64,000 bases of DNA. It comes from Candidatus Marinacidobacterium sp. (lineage in GTDB: Bacteria > Acidobacteriota > Vicinamibacteria > Marinacidobacterales > Marinacidobacteraceae). The notes beneath the pieces are model-generated. The model was not told the origin of the DNA and ran no database searches. It saw nothing but the letters and a program-made list of their open reading frames with translations. Both the position numbers and the translations under genes were made by a program. The stretch covers positions 2,688,001 to 2,752,000 of the forward strand of contig OZ242011.1 of the NCBI GenBank assembly GCA_965204755.1, in the 5' to 3' direction. Shown here one piece after another: positions 1 through 9,355 of this stretch; the stretch's first letter is position 1; each line of letters begins with the position of its first letter.

Positions 1-2403
1 GAGAGCATGATCGACCCGGTGGGGTCCTCGATGGCGAGGCTGCTCACCACTCTCGGCACGGGCGGGGACAACAGCGCCTCCGGGATCCAGATCATCGACG
101 CCCTCCAGGCGACCGGAAACCTGAGCCATTCGTTTGCCGACAACTGGCAGTCGTCGCTGACCTACCTCTACTACACCTCGGAGGAGCCGGCGTTCGGCCA
201 CTACATGGACTTGCTGAACGCGGACACGCATCCCGACTTCGGCATCGGCTCCGCTTCCTTGGGGCGGGATGTCCATGCGGTGGCGTTCAACAACACCTTC
301 CTCCCGACCGACACTTCGGTTCTGACTCTCCGCTACGGGCAGACCTACTTCAACGACACCGTGGGCAATCCGGCTTTCGGCCTAGAAGAGTTCCGCGGTC
401 TCGGTTTCCAGGGCAATTTCGTGGACAGCCTGTACGCCCAAGAGAATTACGCCGGACAATTCCCGACAGTCACCGTAGAGGAATTCGGCAATGACAACTC
501 CACCCACGGTTCCTGGACCAACAACGACATCCAGTGGACCTCCCGCGAGGTCGCCGGCACCTACTCCCAGTTCGTCGGGAACCACACGCTTCGGTACGGT
601 GGTCAGTGGCGTCGCATGGGACTGCACTCCGTGAACTTCGCCAATGGGCTTCAACTCAATTTCCACCGTAGATTCACTCAGGGTCCGAATCCGACGGATC
701 CGGCCGCCGGGTCCGGCAGTGCGATGGCCGACCTGTTGCTCGGCATTCCGAACGGTGGAAGGGTGACGATCGCGGACGCCGCTGATGTCTATATCGATTA
801 CTTCGGTGGTTTCATTCAGGACGACTGGCGCCCGACTTCGAACTTGGTCCTCAACTTGGGGCTCCGGGTCGAGCACGAGTCCGGGCTCCAGGAGGAACAG
901 AACGGGTTGGTGGTCGGTTGGGACCGCACGAACCCGTTCCCCGTCCAGGTGGCGGCGCCTTCGTCGCTCGCCGGAACCTTGCCCGGTTTCCCGCTCACTG
1001 GCGGGCTCATGTACGCCGGTGTTGACGGCAACCCGACCCACCAGTGGGACCCGCCGACCGTGAAGTTGGGGCCGCGCGTAGGCTTCGCCTACACCGTGAA
1101 TCCGGAGACGGTCGTCCGCGGAGGCTACGCGGTCTTCTGGGCGCCCTACGCCCTTCCGTCGGGAACGGGAGCGAGCAGCATCGGCACCTACGGTTTCACC
1201 GCCGAGACCAGTTTCGCGAAGTCTTTGGACGGTGTGACTCCTCCGACCGGCACGGCTTCGAATCCGTTCCCGGATGGCGCGGCCAACCCGGTCGGCAGCG
1301 GGAATGGCCGCTTCCAGAACATCGGCCAAGAGGTGTACTTCAACGAGCAGTTCCGTTCGTCGCCGTACATCCAGAAGTGGTCAATGGACCTGCAGCGCGA
1401 CATCGGGCAAGACTTGGTCGTCAAGATCGGCTATGTGGGGAGTCGCGGGTCGAGTCTGCCGATTGGCGGCACTGCGGACTCCCGCGTCAACATCAACCAG
1501 TTGGCCGACTCTTACCTCTCGCTGGGAGACCGGTTGAACGAACAGCATCCGAACCCGTTCCACGGTGACAGCCGCTTCGGACCCTTGTCGGGCTCGGAGA
1601 CCCTGCCGCTCGGCCAGTTGCTTCGGCCGTTCCCCCACTTCACCAATGTGTTCGCCCGGCATGTGAGTTCCGGCAAGTCGCTCTACAACTCCATGCGTTT
1701 CGAGTTCGAACGGCGTTTCCGCGGGAACTGGGGCGCGCGGATCAACTACACGCTGACCCGGCACAGCGACAACATCTACGAGAGCAACACCCGGCTGTCG
1801 GACGAAAGGTTCGACATCTACAACACGCCGGATGAGTGCGCTACCGGCAAGTGCCCGGTCCTCGAAGCCGATTACGGGCCGTCGCGCCTGCATGTGCCGC
1901 ACCAGGTGAACCTCAACGCGTCCTTCCGCACTCCGGGAGACAACCCGTTCACGAGTGGCTGGACTTTCTCGTTCGTGACGATTCTGCGCAGCGGCTTCCC
2001 GCTGAACATCGTGCAGGTCAGCAACGCGCTGAGTTCCTACGGGTTCGGCCACCAGCGCCCCCAGAGCGTGTCGGTGAGCGCCGGCGGCAACCCGGCGGGC
2101 AACCATCAGGGTTGGCTTAGCGGAAACGTGACCGAGACCCACGGGTTCGCCCTCGGCGGCGGACCCCAGACGACCGACATGGCGCGGAGCCCGCGGTACT
2201 TCAACTGGGACTTGTCCCTCGAGAAGACCACGACGCTCTACGAAGATCTGAACCTGATGCTGCGGTTCGAGATGATCAACGCCTTCAACCAGCCGAACTG
2301 GAACGGCCCGCGCACGCGCTTCGGCGCCGGCAACTGGGGACAGATCACCTCCACCGGCGGCTTCCCCCGCACCATCCAGTTCATGGCGAAGGTCACCTTC
2401 TGA
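1..2403 (+). CDS. TonB-dependent receptor (Acidobacteria-type), 5'-truncated by window edge
   Basis: ORF 7..2403 with beta-barrel motifs FIQDDWR..LNLGLRVE and GPRVGFAY, and C-terminal aromatic QFMAKVTF; clearly paralogous to 9356 and 12898 genes. Confidence 0.9.
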   Translation, partial: ESMIDPVGSSMARLLTTLGTGGDNSASGIQIIDALQATGNLSHSFADNWQSSLTYLYYTSEEPAFGHYMDLLNADTHPDFGIGSASLGRDVHAVAFNNTFLPTDTSVLTLRYGQTYFNDTVGNPAFGLEEFRGLGFQGNFVDSLYAQENYAGQFPTVTVEEFGNDNSTHGSWTNNDIQWTSREVAGTYSQFVGNHTLRYGGQWRRMGLHSVNFANGLQLNFHRRFTQGPNPTDPAAGSGSAMADLLLGIPNGGRVTIADAADVYIDYFGGFIQDDWRPTSNLVLNLGLRVEHESGLQEEQNGLVVGWDRTNPFPVQVAAPSSLAGTLPGFPLTGGLMYAGVDGNPTHQWDPPTVKLGPRVGFAYTVNPETVVRGGYAVFWAPYALPSGTGASSIGTYGFTAETSFAKSLDGVTPPTGTASNPFPDGAANPVGSGNGRFQNIGQEVYFNEQFRSSPYIQKWSMDLQRDIGQDLVVKIGYVGSRGSSLPIGGTADSRVNINQLADSYLSLGDRLNEQHPNPFHGDSRFGPLSGSETLPLGQLLRPFPHFTNVFARHVSSGKSLYNSMRFEFERRFRGNWGARINYTLTRHSDNIYESNTRLSDERFDIYNTPDECATGKCPVLEADYGPSRLHVPHQVNLNASFRTPGDNPFTSGWTFSFVTILRSGFPLNIVQVSNALSSYGFGHQRPQSVSVSAGGNPAGNHQGWLSGNVTETHGFALGGGPQTTDMARSPRYFNWDLSLEKTTTLYEDLNLMLRFEMINAFNQPNWNGPRTRFGAGNWGQITSTGGFPRTIQFMAKVTF

Positions 2404-2422
2404 TCCCGGTCTGAACTCCCCC

Positions 2423-2457
2423 CGGCCCCGTCGCCGCGTTATGCGGCGGCGGGGTCG
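2423..2457. terminator. GC-rich hairpin after TBDR stop, possible terminator
   Basis: gccccgtcgccgc-gttat-gcggcggcggggt inverted repeat about 20 nt after TGA; no U-tract. Confidence 0.35.
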
Positions 2458-2667
2458 AACTCTGTACACGAGGCGCGCGGAAGGCTCGCCCGTGGCGGGA
2501 TGGCTGGACGATCCGCGACTCGACGCTGTCCGTCGCGAAATTGTCGGTGACCGCTGCTGTCCTGTCGAGGAGTCCGTGACCGCTGCCGCGACGGATGGCA
2601 GTCGCCGTCCTGCAGCCGGGGTGGGGTGTGCGTCGCTCGGTGGCCGGAGCGACTCCCGGCGCATCGA

Positions 2668-4356
2668 TTACCGAGGTTGGCCGGGCTTGCTCCTGTCTCG
2701 TGCGTGGCGGGCGGCGACCAAACGGTCCTCGATAACAGAATCATTCGGGCGGAGTCGTTGGGCGCTTTCCAAGGCGGCTACTGCTTCAGCCGCCCGCCCC
2801 AGGGAGAGGAGCAGGTCGCCGAGGTCGAAGAAGGCCTGCGCGGAGTTCGGGGACTCGATCGTGGCCCGCTCGAGGATCTCGATGGCGCGATCTTCGTTAC
2901 CTTCGGCGCGGTAGATCGCGGCTGCCTTCAGGAGATCCTCGTACCGGGGCTCTCCTTCAAGCCCTCGCTCGATGGCTTCGAACGCAGCGCCTCTGAGTCC
3001 GGACGCCTGCAGGAGTTCGCCGAGGCCGATGCGCAGCCGAGCCTCGCGACGGGCATCGGCAGGTTTCACCAACTCGTTCCGGTAGAGGACTTCGAGGTAT
3101 TCGAGATCGGCGGCCGCGCTCGGGCTGTCGAGGCCCGGCGGGACGCCGTCCACCCGGATCCAGTGGTCGGTGAAGTCCGCGCCGGCGAAGACCTCGGCCC
3201 GGTTCGGCAGGTGGCAGCGGACGCAGTCCGACGAGGCAGTCACCCGCTCGTAGCGATGTTCTTCCGCCGGGGCCTGATGGCACCGGAGGCAAGTTGCGCG
3301 GCTGGCTGCCCGGACATCGGTGTCGCTCCGGTGCGGGTCGTGGCAGTCGAGACAGGTGACCGCCGCCTCCGCCGGTGATTCCCGGAAGCAGGCGCTCATC
3401 ATCAAACTCGCGCCGGCGTGGCGAGCGAGGACCCGGTCGCGCCCGAGCACCAGCAGCGGCTCGAAGTCTGTCGGGTTCCGGTGGCATTGGGCGCAGAAAC
3501 CGACCTGGGCCCGCGGGGACAGCATCCCCGGGTTGAAGATGCCGCCGCCGGCCCCTGACTCCCACCCGGCGGCGTGGGCGGCCCCCGGCCCGTGGCACCG
3601 CTCGCAACGAACCCCCCACTCGGTCTCGGTCGCCGCCGGCCGGCCGTCGCGCCACTCCACGGCGGTGGCGTGGCACCCGAGACACAGCCGGGTCTCCCGC
3701 GCCGGGTCTTCGTCCCCGAGCGGGTCGGTGTCCGTCTCGCTCCCCGGCGTCTCGATCCACGAACCCTTTCCGTGGGACCAGGTGACCCGGAGTTCCCGCA
3801 TCCTCCGCCCCGCCAGGAAACTGACCGGCGTCACCCCGCGAAGCCCGGACCCGAAGACGGCGCTGACCGCAGCCTCCCCCTCCGGCCCCTTCAACACGGC
3901 GCCGTCGGCCGCGCGGTCGTAGGCGATCGCGTCCCGGCCCGGAAACTCCGGGCTGCGCCACTCGACCGCCCCCGCCAGCCGCTCCGGTCCGAACCACCGG
4001 TCGGCGTTGGCGTCGTCCACCGCCGCGCCCGTCCGCGCCATCGGATGCGCCTCCTGGTCGGTGGCGATCCCGCCGTGACACCCGGCGCAGACGGCGGCGC
4101 CGACGACTTCGCTGTCGGCGCCGGACGGCCACGCTCCAAGCAGTTCCCGTCCGTCGTCGCCGGCATCGGCTGTTTGGGGTGCCGCCCCCGACGGTTCCCC
4201 GCCACCGGCGACCGCGACGATCCCGAGCCCGACGACCGCGCCCGCGGCCCCCACGACGAGAAGGAGCCGTCTTCCGGCCCCGGCGAGCCGACGGTCAGGT
4301 CGTCCGAACGCGGTGCGGCCGCCGTGTCGCAGCCCGCTTGGTTCCATCTCGCCCAC
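2668..4356 (-). CDS. Multiheme c-type cytochrome with C-terminal TPR repeats
   Basis: N-terminal hydrophobic anchor; seven CxxCH motifs (CAGCH, CLGCH, CERCH, CAQCH, CLDCH, CLRCH, CVRCH); TPR-like helices (AQAFFDLGDLLLSLGRAAEAVAAL). Confidence 0.85.
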   Translation of the reverse strand: MGEMEPSGLRHGGRTAFGRPDRRLAGAGRRLLLVVGAAGAVVGLGIVAVAGGGEPSGAAPQTADAGDDGRELLGAWPSGADSEVVGAAVCAGCHGGIATDQEAHPMARTGAAVDDANADRWFGPERLAGAVEWRSPEFPGRDAIAYDRAADGAVLKGPEGEAAVSAVFGSGLRGVTPVSFLAGRRMRELRVTWSHGKGSWIETPGSETDTDPLGDEDPARETRLCLGCHATAVEWRDGRPAATETEWGVRCERCHGPGAAHAAGWESGAGGGIFNPGMLSPRAQVGFCAQCHRNPTDFEPLLVLGRDRVLARHAGASLMMSACFRESPAEAAVTCLDCHDPHRSDTDVRAASRATCLRCHQAPAEEHRYERVTASSDCVRCHLPNRAEVFAGADFTDHWIRVDGVPPGLDSPSAAADLEYLEVLYRNELVKPADARREARLRIGLGELLQASGLRGAAFEAIERGLEGEPRYEDLLKAAAIYRAEGNEDRAIEILERATIESPNSAQAFFDLGDLLLSLGRAAEAVAALESAQRLRPNDSVIEDRLVAARHARDRSKPGQPR

Positions 4357-4683
4357 GGTTCCGGGATTATCGGCGCAGTGGCGACGGCTTCGAGGCCGGC
4401 GGCCGAGCCGGACTCCGCCTCGCTGCGGCTCGATCCGCCGGTTCAGGATTCGCGCTGCCCGGTCGGCGAGGGAGGCGCGATCGCCCCCTTGACGCCGCCT
4501 TCCGGCGTGTTAGTTTCCCGGACAGAGGTTCTTCGGATGTCGTTCCGACGATCGGTTTCGTCGCGTATCGCGGGTTCGCGGCCTGTCGTTCGGCGTCGGC
4601 GGTCGGCTCCGGGGATGGGTTCCGCAGCCCCCGCGGGCGTCTCGCTTTCTTCGCGCGCGGGGCGCGGCGGTCGGTAGAGGCTG

Positions 4684-5646
4684 GTGGACGCCGTGGCGCG
4701 CTCTCCCGCCGAACGAAGCCGACAGCGTGGCGTTGGCTCTCGCCGCTCGCCGAGCGGCGCCGGCCGTTCGCCCGTGGAGCGCCGGCCGGAGGGCGAGGCT
4801 CCCCCGACGACCGGCGGCGGCCTCGGGGCGCTCGACATCTATTTGCGGCAGGTTCGCCCGCTCCCGGTCGTGACCCGAGAGGACGAGCAGGTCTGCGTTC
4901 GGACCGCGCGCGGCCTATCCGGCGCCGACCGGGGCGCTTCGACCGCCCCCGAATGCGGAGCCTGCGCCAACGGCCGCTGCCGCCTCCTCGACGGTTGCCT
5001 GCGCTTGGTGGTGGCTCTGGCCCGCCGGCATCAGGGGCTCGGTGTGCCCCTCGAAGACCTCATCCAGGAAGGCAACCTGGGCCTGTTGAAGGCGCTCAAG
5101 AAGTTCGACCCGGACATGGGAACCAAGTTCCCGACATTCGCCAGCAACCGGATCGTGCAGGAAATGCGGCGCGCACTCCCCCGGACGGCGACGCCGATAC
5201 CGATTCCCGTGCGGAAGGCGGAGGCGAAGCGGTTCCGTGCCCAGGCGCGGGCGGATGCGGCATCGCGGTCGGGCACTCGTGGCGCTTCGGCGCTTCGCGT
5301 TCCGTTGAACCGCGAAGACGAGATGCTTCCCGATCGCCAGTCGTTCGATTCGCTCGACGCACCCGCGACGCCGAACGGTCTTCTCCGTTCTGAACTCCTC
5401 GCGGATTCAGCCCAAATGGACGCTGCCGGCCTCTTGGAAGCAGCCGAATGCGAGCGGGACTTGGCGGAAGCGGTCTCCCGGCTGCCGGAGCGCCTGCGCG
5501 AACCGGCGGGCACGACCGGCGCACCGCAGCGGCGGATCAGGGTCGGCGGAGGAGGTAGTCGGCGAAACGGGGGATGCCCATCTCCCAGATGCCGAGGTCC
5601 GCTTCCCACAGCACGCCGAGGTCGGACAACTCGTCCCGGAGGCTGA
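4684..5646 (+). pseudogene. Sigma-70 (RpoD/RpoS-like) factor, truncated in region 4
   Basis: Region 1.2 LDIYLRQV, region 2 LRLVVALARRHQGLGVPLEDLIQEGNLGLLKALKKFDP, start of region 4 LAEAVSRLPERLRE; homology ends about 5502 and the ORF then runs antisense into the ATPase gene; start uncertain. Confidence 0.7.
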
Positions 5647-6648
5647 TGGCATCGAAGGGAACCTCGTCTTCGGCTGGCGCGCGAAGCACCGGCGTCAACC
5701 GGGAATCGGTGAGTCGTCCGCCCTGCGCCGCGAAAAGGCCCGCCAGCGCCTCGAGGATCGGCGCGACGCGTCGCGCCTCGGCCTCCCGGTATCGGCCTTC
5801 GTAGAACTCCTCGATGTCGGCGGGGCACTCGGCGGCGCCCCGTTCTGCGTGCTCCAACGAGACCACGGAGCCCGTAGCGGCGGCATCCCAAGCGGCGCCG
5901 CCAGCATTTGGAGGAAGTACGGGTAGTCCTGCGACTCCTCGGCGAGGAATTCGGCGGCGTTTTCCGCGAGGGGTCGTCCGGCCTCCCGCGCCGGTTCTCG
6001 CAGGGCGGCGATGGTGTCCGGTCGGCGGAGCCGCCCGACTCGACACCTCCTGAAGCCCCGCTCGTTGGAGGTGGCGGCCTGCAGGACGCGGCGCGGGGCG
6101 TCGGGAGTGCCCGCGGCGACGATCAGGAACGGTGGCGCCTCCGATTTGGCCCGCTGGACGGCCTCGAAGAACCAGCGGGCGACCTCGGGCGACAACTCTT
6201 GGACCTCGTCCAGGACGATGACCAACGGAGGTGGTGAGAGGTCCGCTCCGATCCACGCGATCAGGAGCGCCTCGATGTCCTCCGTGGGCGCCCGAGGCGT
6301 GGCGGTCGCTCCGAACCCGAGGGCCTGAACGCCGGTGAACTGGCTCTCGAGCGCCCTGGCGCGCTCCTGGAGCACACGGACGAGTTTTGCGTGCTCGGCG
6401 AGCGCGGCAACCGGGAGCGTTTCGACTCGGAAGCCGCATACGCGGGCCCGACGCCCGATCTCCAGCAGCATGGTCGTCTTCCCGTTGCCTCGCGGGCCGT
6501 AGAACAGGAAGTCCTGCGATGGCGAACTCCCGTCGGCCAAGTCAGCGAGGCGCCGCTCGGCGAGCGCCAATTCTCGGTCCCGCCCGGCGACCAGCGGTGG
6601 CAGCACTCCCCGGCCGGGCCGGAACGGGTTTTTCGCCGGACGGGCCAT
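5537..6648 (-). pseudogene. AAA ATPase (AAA_16/archaeal-ATPase-like, NPF.PG.G..PP..AGR family), copy 1, frameshifted
   Basis: MARPAKNPFRPGRG, Walker A GPRGNGKT, Walker B IVLDEVQ, YPYFLQ; one base missing near 5901 (ctg gc ggc instead of ctg ggc ggc), and the C-terminus WEMGIPRFADYL is in the other frame. May be a sequencing error. Confidence 0.75.
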
Positions 6649-6734
6649 GCTTCGGAGCATGGCCAAACGGAGCGGCGCGCGACTCGATACCGCTGTCGGG
6701 CGGTCGGCGCGTTCGTTCCCGCCGCCGCGACGGA

Positions 6735-7337
6735 TCAGCCCCGGCGGAAGAGGTAGTCGGCGAAACTCGGGATGCCCAGTTCCCATGTTCCCGGCCGGAC
6801 CGACCACACCACTCCCAAGTCGGTCAACTCCTGCCGCAGCCCGAGATCGTCGAACGGGACGGAATCGCGCTCCGCGAGAGGCCGGAGCAGGGACTTGAGG
6901 GCGGAGGCCGGCACTTCGCCGCCATGCTCCGCGAAGAGCAGCGCCAAGGGCTTCAGTACGGGCTCGATGCGCCGGGATTCGGCCTCCTCGTAACGGCCCT
7001 CGTAGAACCGCTCGATCGGCGCCACCGCCTCGGCCGCGCCGCGCCGCGCGAGGGAGAGCGGGATGTCGGGGGCGCCGGCGCGGTCCGCGGCCTTCCAGGC
7101 GGCGCTGCCGAGGAGTTGGACGAAGTACGGGTAGTCCTGCGACTGCTCCGCCAACAGGGCGGCCGCGTCTTCCGCGATCGGGCGGCCGGCGGCACTCGCC
7201 GGCTCCGTCAGGGCCGCCTTCGTCTCGGGGCGCGCGAGGCGGCCCACCGGGACCTGGGCGAACCCGCGTTCGTTGTAGGTGGCGGCCTGCCGCAGCCGGC
7301 GCGGCGCGTCGGGAGTCCCGGCCGCCAGCACGAGGAA
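6735..7337. repeat. ~600 bp near-identical direct repeat, copy A (3' half of ATPase 2)
   Basis: Matches 7961..8563 at offset 1226 with only a few substitutions. Confidence 0.9.
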
Positions 7338-7850
7338 GGGAGCGGCGCGGGGTTTCGCCTGCTGGACGCCGTCGAAGAACGCCGGCGCCACCTCCGGGGC
7401 CAGCGACTGCACCTCGTCCAGGACGATGACCAGCGGCCGATCGGGTGTGGCGTTGCTCCACGATACGAGCAGTCGCATGATGTTTTCGGTCGCCTCGTCA
7501 GGCGTCGCGGTCGCGCCGAAACCGGCGACCTGTACTCCCGTGAACCGGCCTTGCCGTCCGCCCGTATGTTCTTGCAGTTCGCGGACGAGTCGATCGACCC
7601 CGGAGAGCGCCGGGGTCGGCAGCGCCTCCACCCGCATTCCGCGCTCCCGGGCTCGACGCTCGATCTCCAGCAGCAGAGCCGTCTTGCCGTTGCCCCGCGG
7701 GCCGTAGAAGAGCAGATCCTCGGCGGGGGACCGGCCGGCCTCCATACGGTCGAGACGCTCGTCGGCGGCGGCCAGTTCGGAGTCGCGCCCCGCGAGCAGC
7801 GGGGGCAGGACACCTCTTCCGGGCTGGAACGGATTCATGGTGGCGATCAT
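6735..7850 (-). CDS. AAA ATPase, copy 2
   Basis: MNPFQPGRGVLPPLLAGR, GPRGNGKT, IVLDEVQ, YPYFVQ, WELGIPSFADYL; start 7850 or 7838. Confidence 0.85.
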   Translation of the reverse strand: MIATMNPFQPGRGVLPPLLAGRDSELAAADERLDRMEAGRSPAEDLLFYGPRGNGKTALLLEIERRARERGMRVEALPTPALSGVDRLVRELQEHTGGRQGRFTGVQVAGFGATATPDEATENIMRLLVSWSNATPDRPLVIVLDEVQSLAPEVAPAFFDGVQQAKPRAAPFLVLAAGTPDAPRRLRQAATYNERGFAQVPVGRLARPETKAALTEPASAAGRPIAEDAAALLAEQSQDYPYFVQLLGSAAWKAADRAGAPDIPLSLARRGAAEAVAPIERFYEGRYEEAESRRIEPVLKPLALLFAEHGGEVPASALKSLLRPLAERDSVPFDDLGLRQELTDLGVVWSVRPGTWELGIPSFADYLFRRG

Positions 7851-7960
7851 CCGCCGGAACAGCATAGCCAAGCCGATGCCCGGCGCGACGCCGCGGTCAG
7901 AAGCCGCGGGAGAGGCCGATCCCCGGGCCCCGGAACACGGCCAACCGCCCGACCGGAGTG

Positions 7961-8563
7961 TCAGCCCCGGCGGAAGAGGTAGTCGGCGAAACTCGGGATG
8001 CCCATTTCCCATGTTCCCGGCCGGACCGACCACACCACTCCCAAGTCGGTCAACTCCTGCCGCAGCCCGAGATCGTCGAACGGGACGGAATCGCGCTCCG
8101 CGAGAGGCCGGAGCAGGGACTTGAGGGCGGAGGCCGGCACTTCGCCGCCATGCTCCGCGAAGAGCAGCGCCAAGGGCTTCAGTACGGGCTCGATGCGCCG
8201 GGATTCGGCCTCCTCGTAACGGCCCTCGTAGAACCGCTCGATCGGCGCCACCGCCTCGGCCGCGCCGCGCCGCGCGAGGGAGAGCGGGATGTCGGGGGCG
8301 CCGGCGCGGTCCGCGGCCTTCCAGGCGGCGCTGCCGAGGAGTTGGACGAAGTACGGGTAGTCCTGCGACTGCTCCGCCAACAGGGCGGCCGCGTCTTCCG
8401 CGATCGGGCGGCCGGCGGCTTTCGCCGGCTCCGTCAGGGCCGCCTTCGTCTCGGATCGCGCGAGGCGGCCCACCGGGACCTGGGCGAACCCGCGTTCGTT
8501 GTAGGTGGCGGCCTGCCGCAACCGGCGCGGCGCGTCGGGAGTCCCGGCCGCCAGCACGAGGAA
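7961..8563. repeat. ~600 bp near-identical direct repeat, copy B (3' half of ATPase 3)
   Basis: Matches 6735..7337. Confidence 0.9.
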
Positions 8564-9076
8564 CGGGGCGTGGCCGGACTTCGCCCGCTGGACCGCGTCG
8601 AAGAACCCGCGGGCGGCTTCCGGCTTCAGGGCGTGCGCTTCGTCGAGGAGGATCACCAGAGGCCGGGAACCGGCGCCGGCCCAAGCGGCCAGCAGGTCGG
8701 AAGTGGCCGGCGGAGGCGCAGGCGGGGCCTTCGTCCCGCCGAACCCGGCCACCTGGACGCCGGTCACTTCCCCTTCGAGCGCGCCCGCCCGGTACTGCAG
8801 ATGGCGGACGAGTTCGGTCCGGTCGGTGAGCGCGTCGACCGGCAGGTCATCCACCCGGAGACGGCGCTGCCGCGCCCGCCGTTCGATTTCGAGCAGCAGG
8901 GTCGTCTTGCCGTTCCCGCGCGGGCCGTAGAGCAGCAGGTCCTGCGCCGGCATCTTCCCTTCGGCGAGCCCGTCGAGCAGAGCGTCGGCCTCGGCGAGTT
9001 GCGGCTCCCGTCCCGCGAGGAAGGGCGGAGCCACCCCGCGCCCCGGCGTGAACGGGTTGGCCGCGATTCCGCTCAT
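7961..9076 (-). CDS. AAA ATPase, copy 3
   Basis: MSGIAANPFTPGRGVAPP, GPRGNGKT, ILLDEAH, YPYFVQ. Confidence 0.88.
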   Translation of the reverse strand: MSGIAANPFTPGRGVAPPFLAGREPQLAEADALLDGLAEGKMPAQDLLLYGPRGNGKTTLLLEIERRARQRRLRVDDLPVDALTDRTELVRHLQYRAGALEGEVTGVQVAGFGGTKAPPAPPPATSDLLAAWAGAGSRPLVILLDEAHALKPEAARGFFDAVQRAKSGHAPFLVLAAGTPDAPRRLRQAATYNERGFAQVPVGRLARSETKAALTEPAKAAGRPIAEDAAALLAEQSQDYPYFVQLLGSAAWKAADRAGAPDIPLSLARRGAAEAVAPIERFYEGRYEEAESRRIEPVLKPLALLFAEHGGEVPASALKSLLRPLAERDSVPFDDLGLRQELTDLGVVWSVRPGTWEMGIPSFADYLFRRG

Positions 9077-9355
9077 TCCTGCAGGATAACCCCGGCATCG
9101 CGAGTCCCGGGGGCTGCCCTCGACGAGAGGGCGCTCCTCGTCGTTTCACGAAAACTCGCCACCGCGACCTCCGGGGCGGTTCGGCGGCGCGGGCATCCGG
9201 GGCGGTCGCGCCGGGCTCGGCTGCCCCTGCCGACCGCGCCCGCGCTCCCGGCGGGGGGCGCTCGCGCCGTCCGCCGGCGTTTCTTGCTAACTTTCGGATT
9301 TCCGGCGGCGCCCTCGGACCACCGCGCCGCCGCGTTCCACGGGAGGGGACTCCGG

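Noticed and set aside
5895-5905. Frameshift in ATPase copy 1 as a programmed or phase-variable event
   Set aside because: A single G missing from a 3-G run with no SSR or slippery site; sequencing error or simple mutation is more likely.
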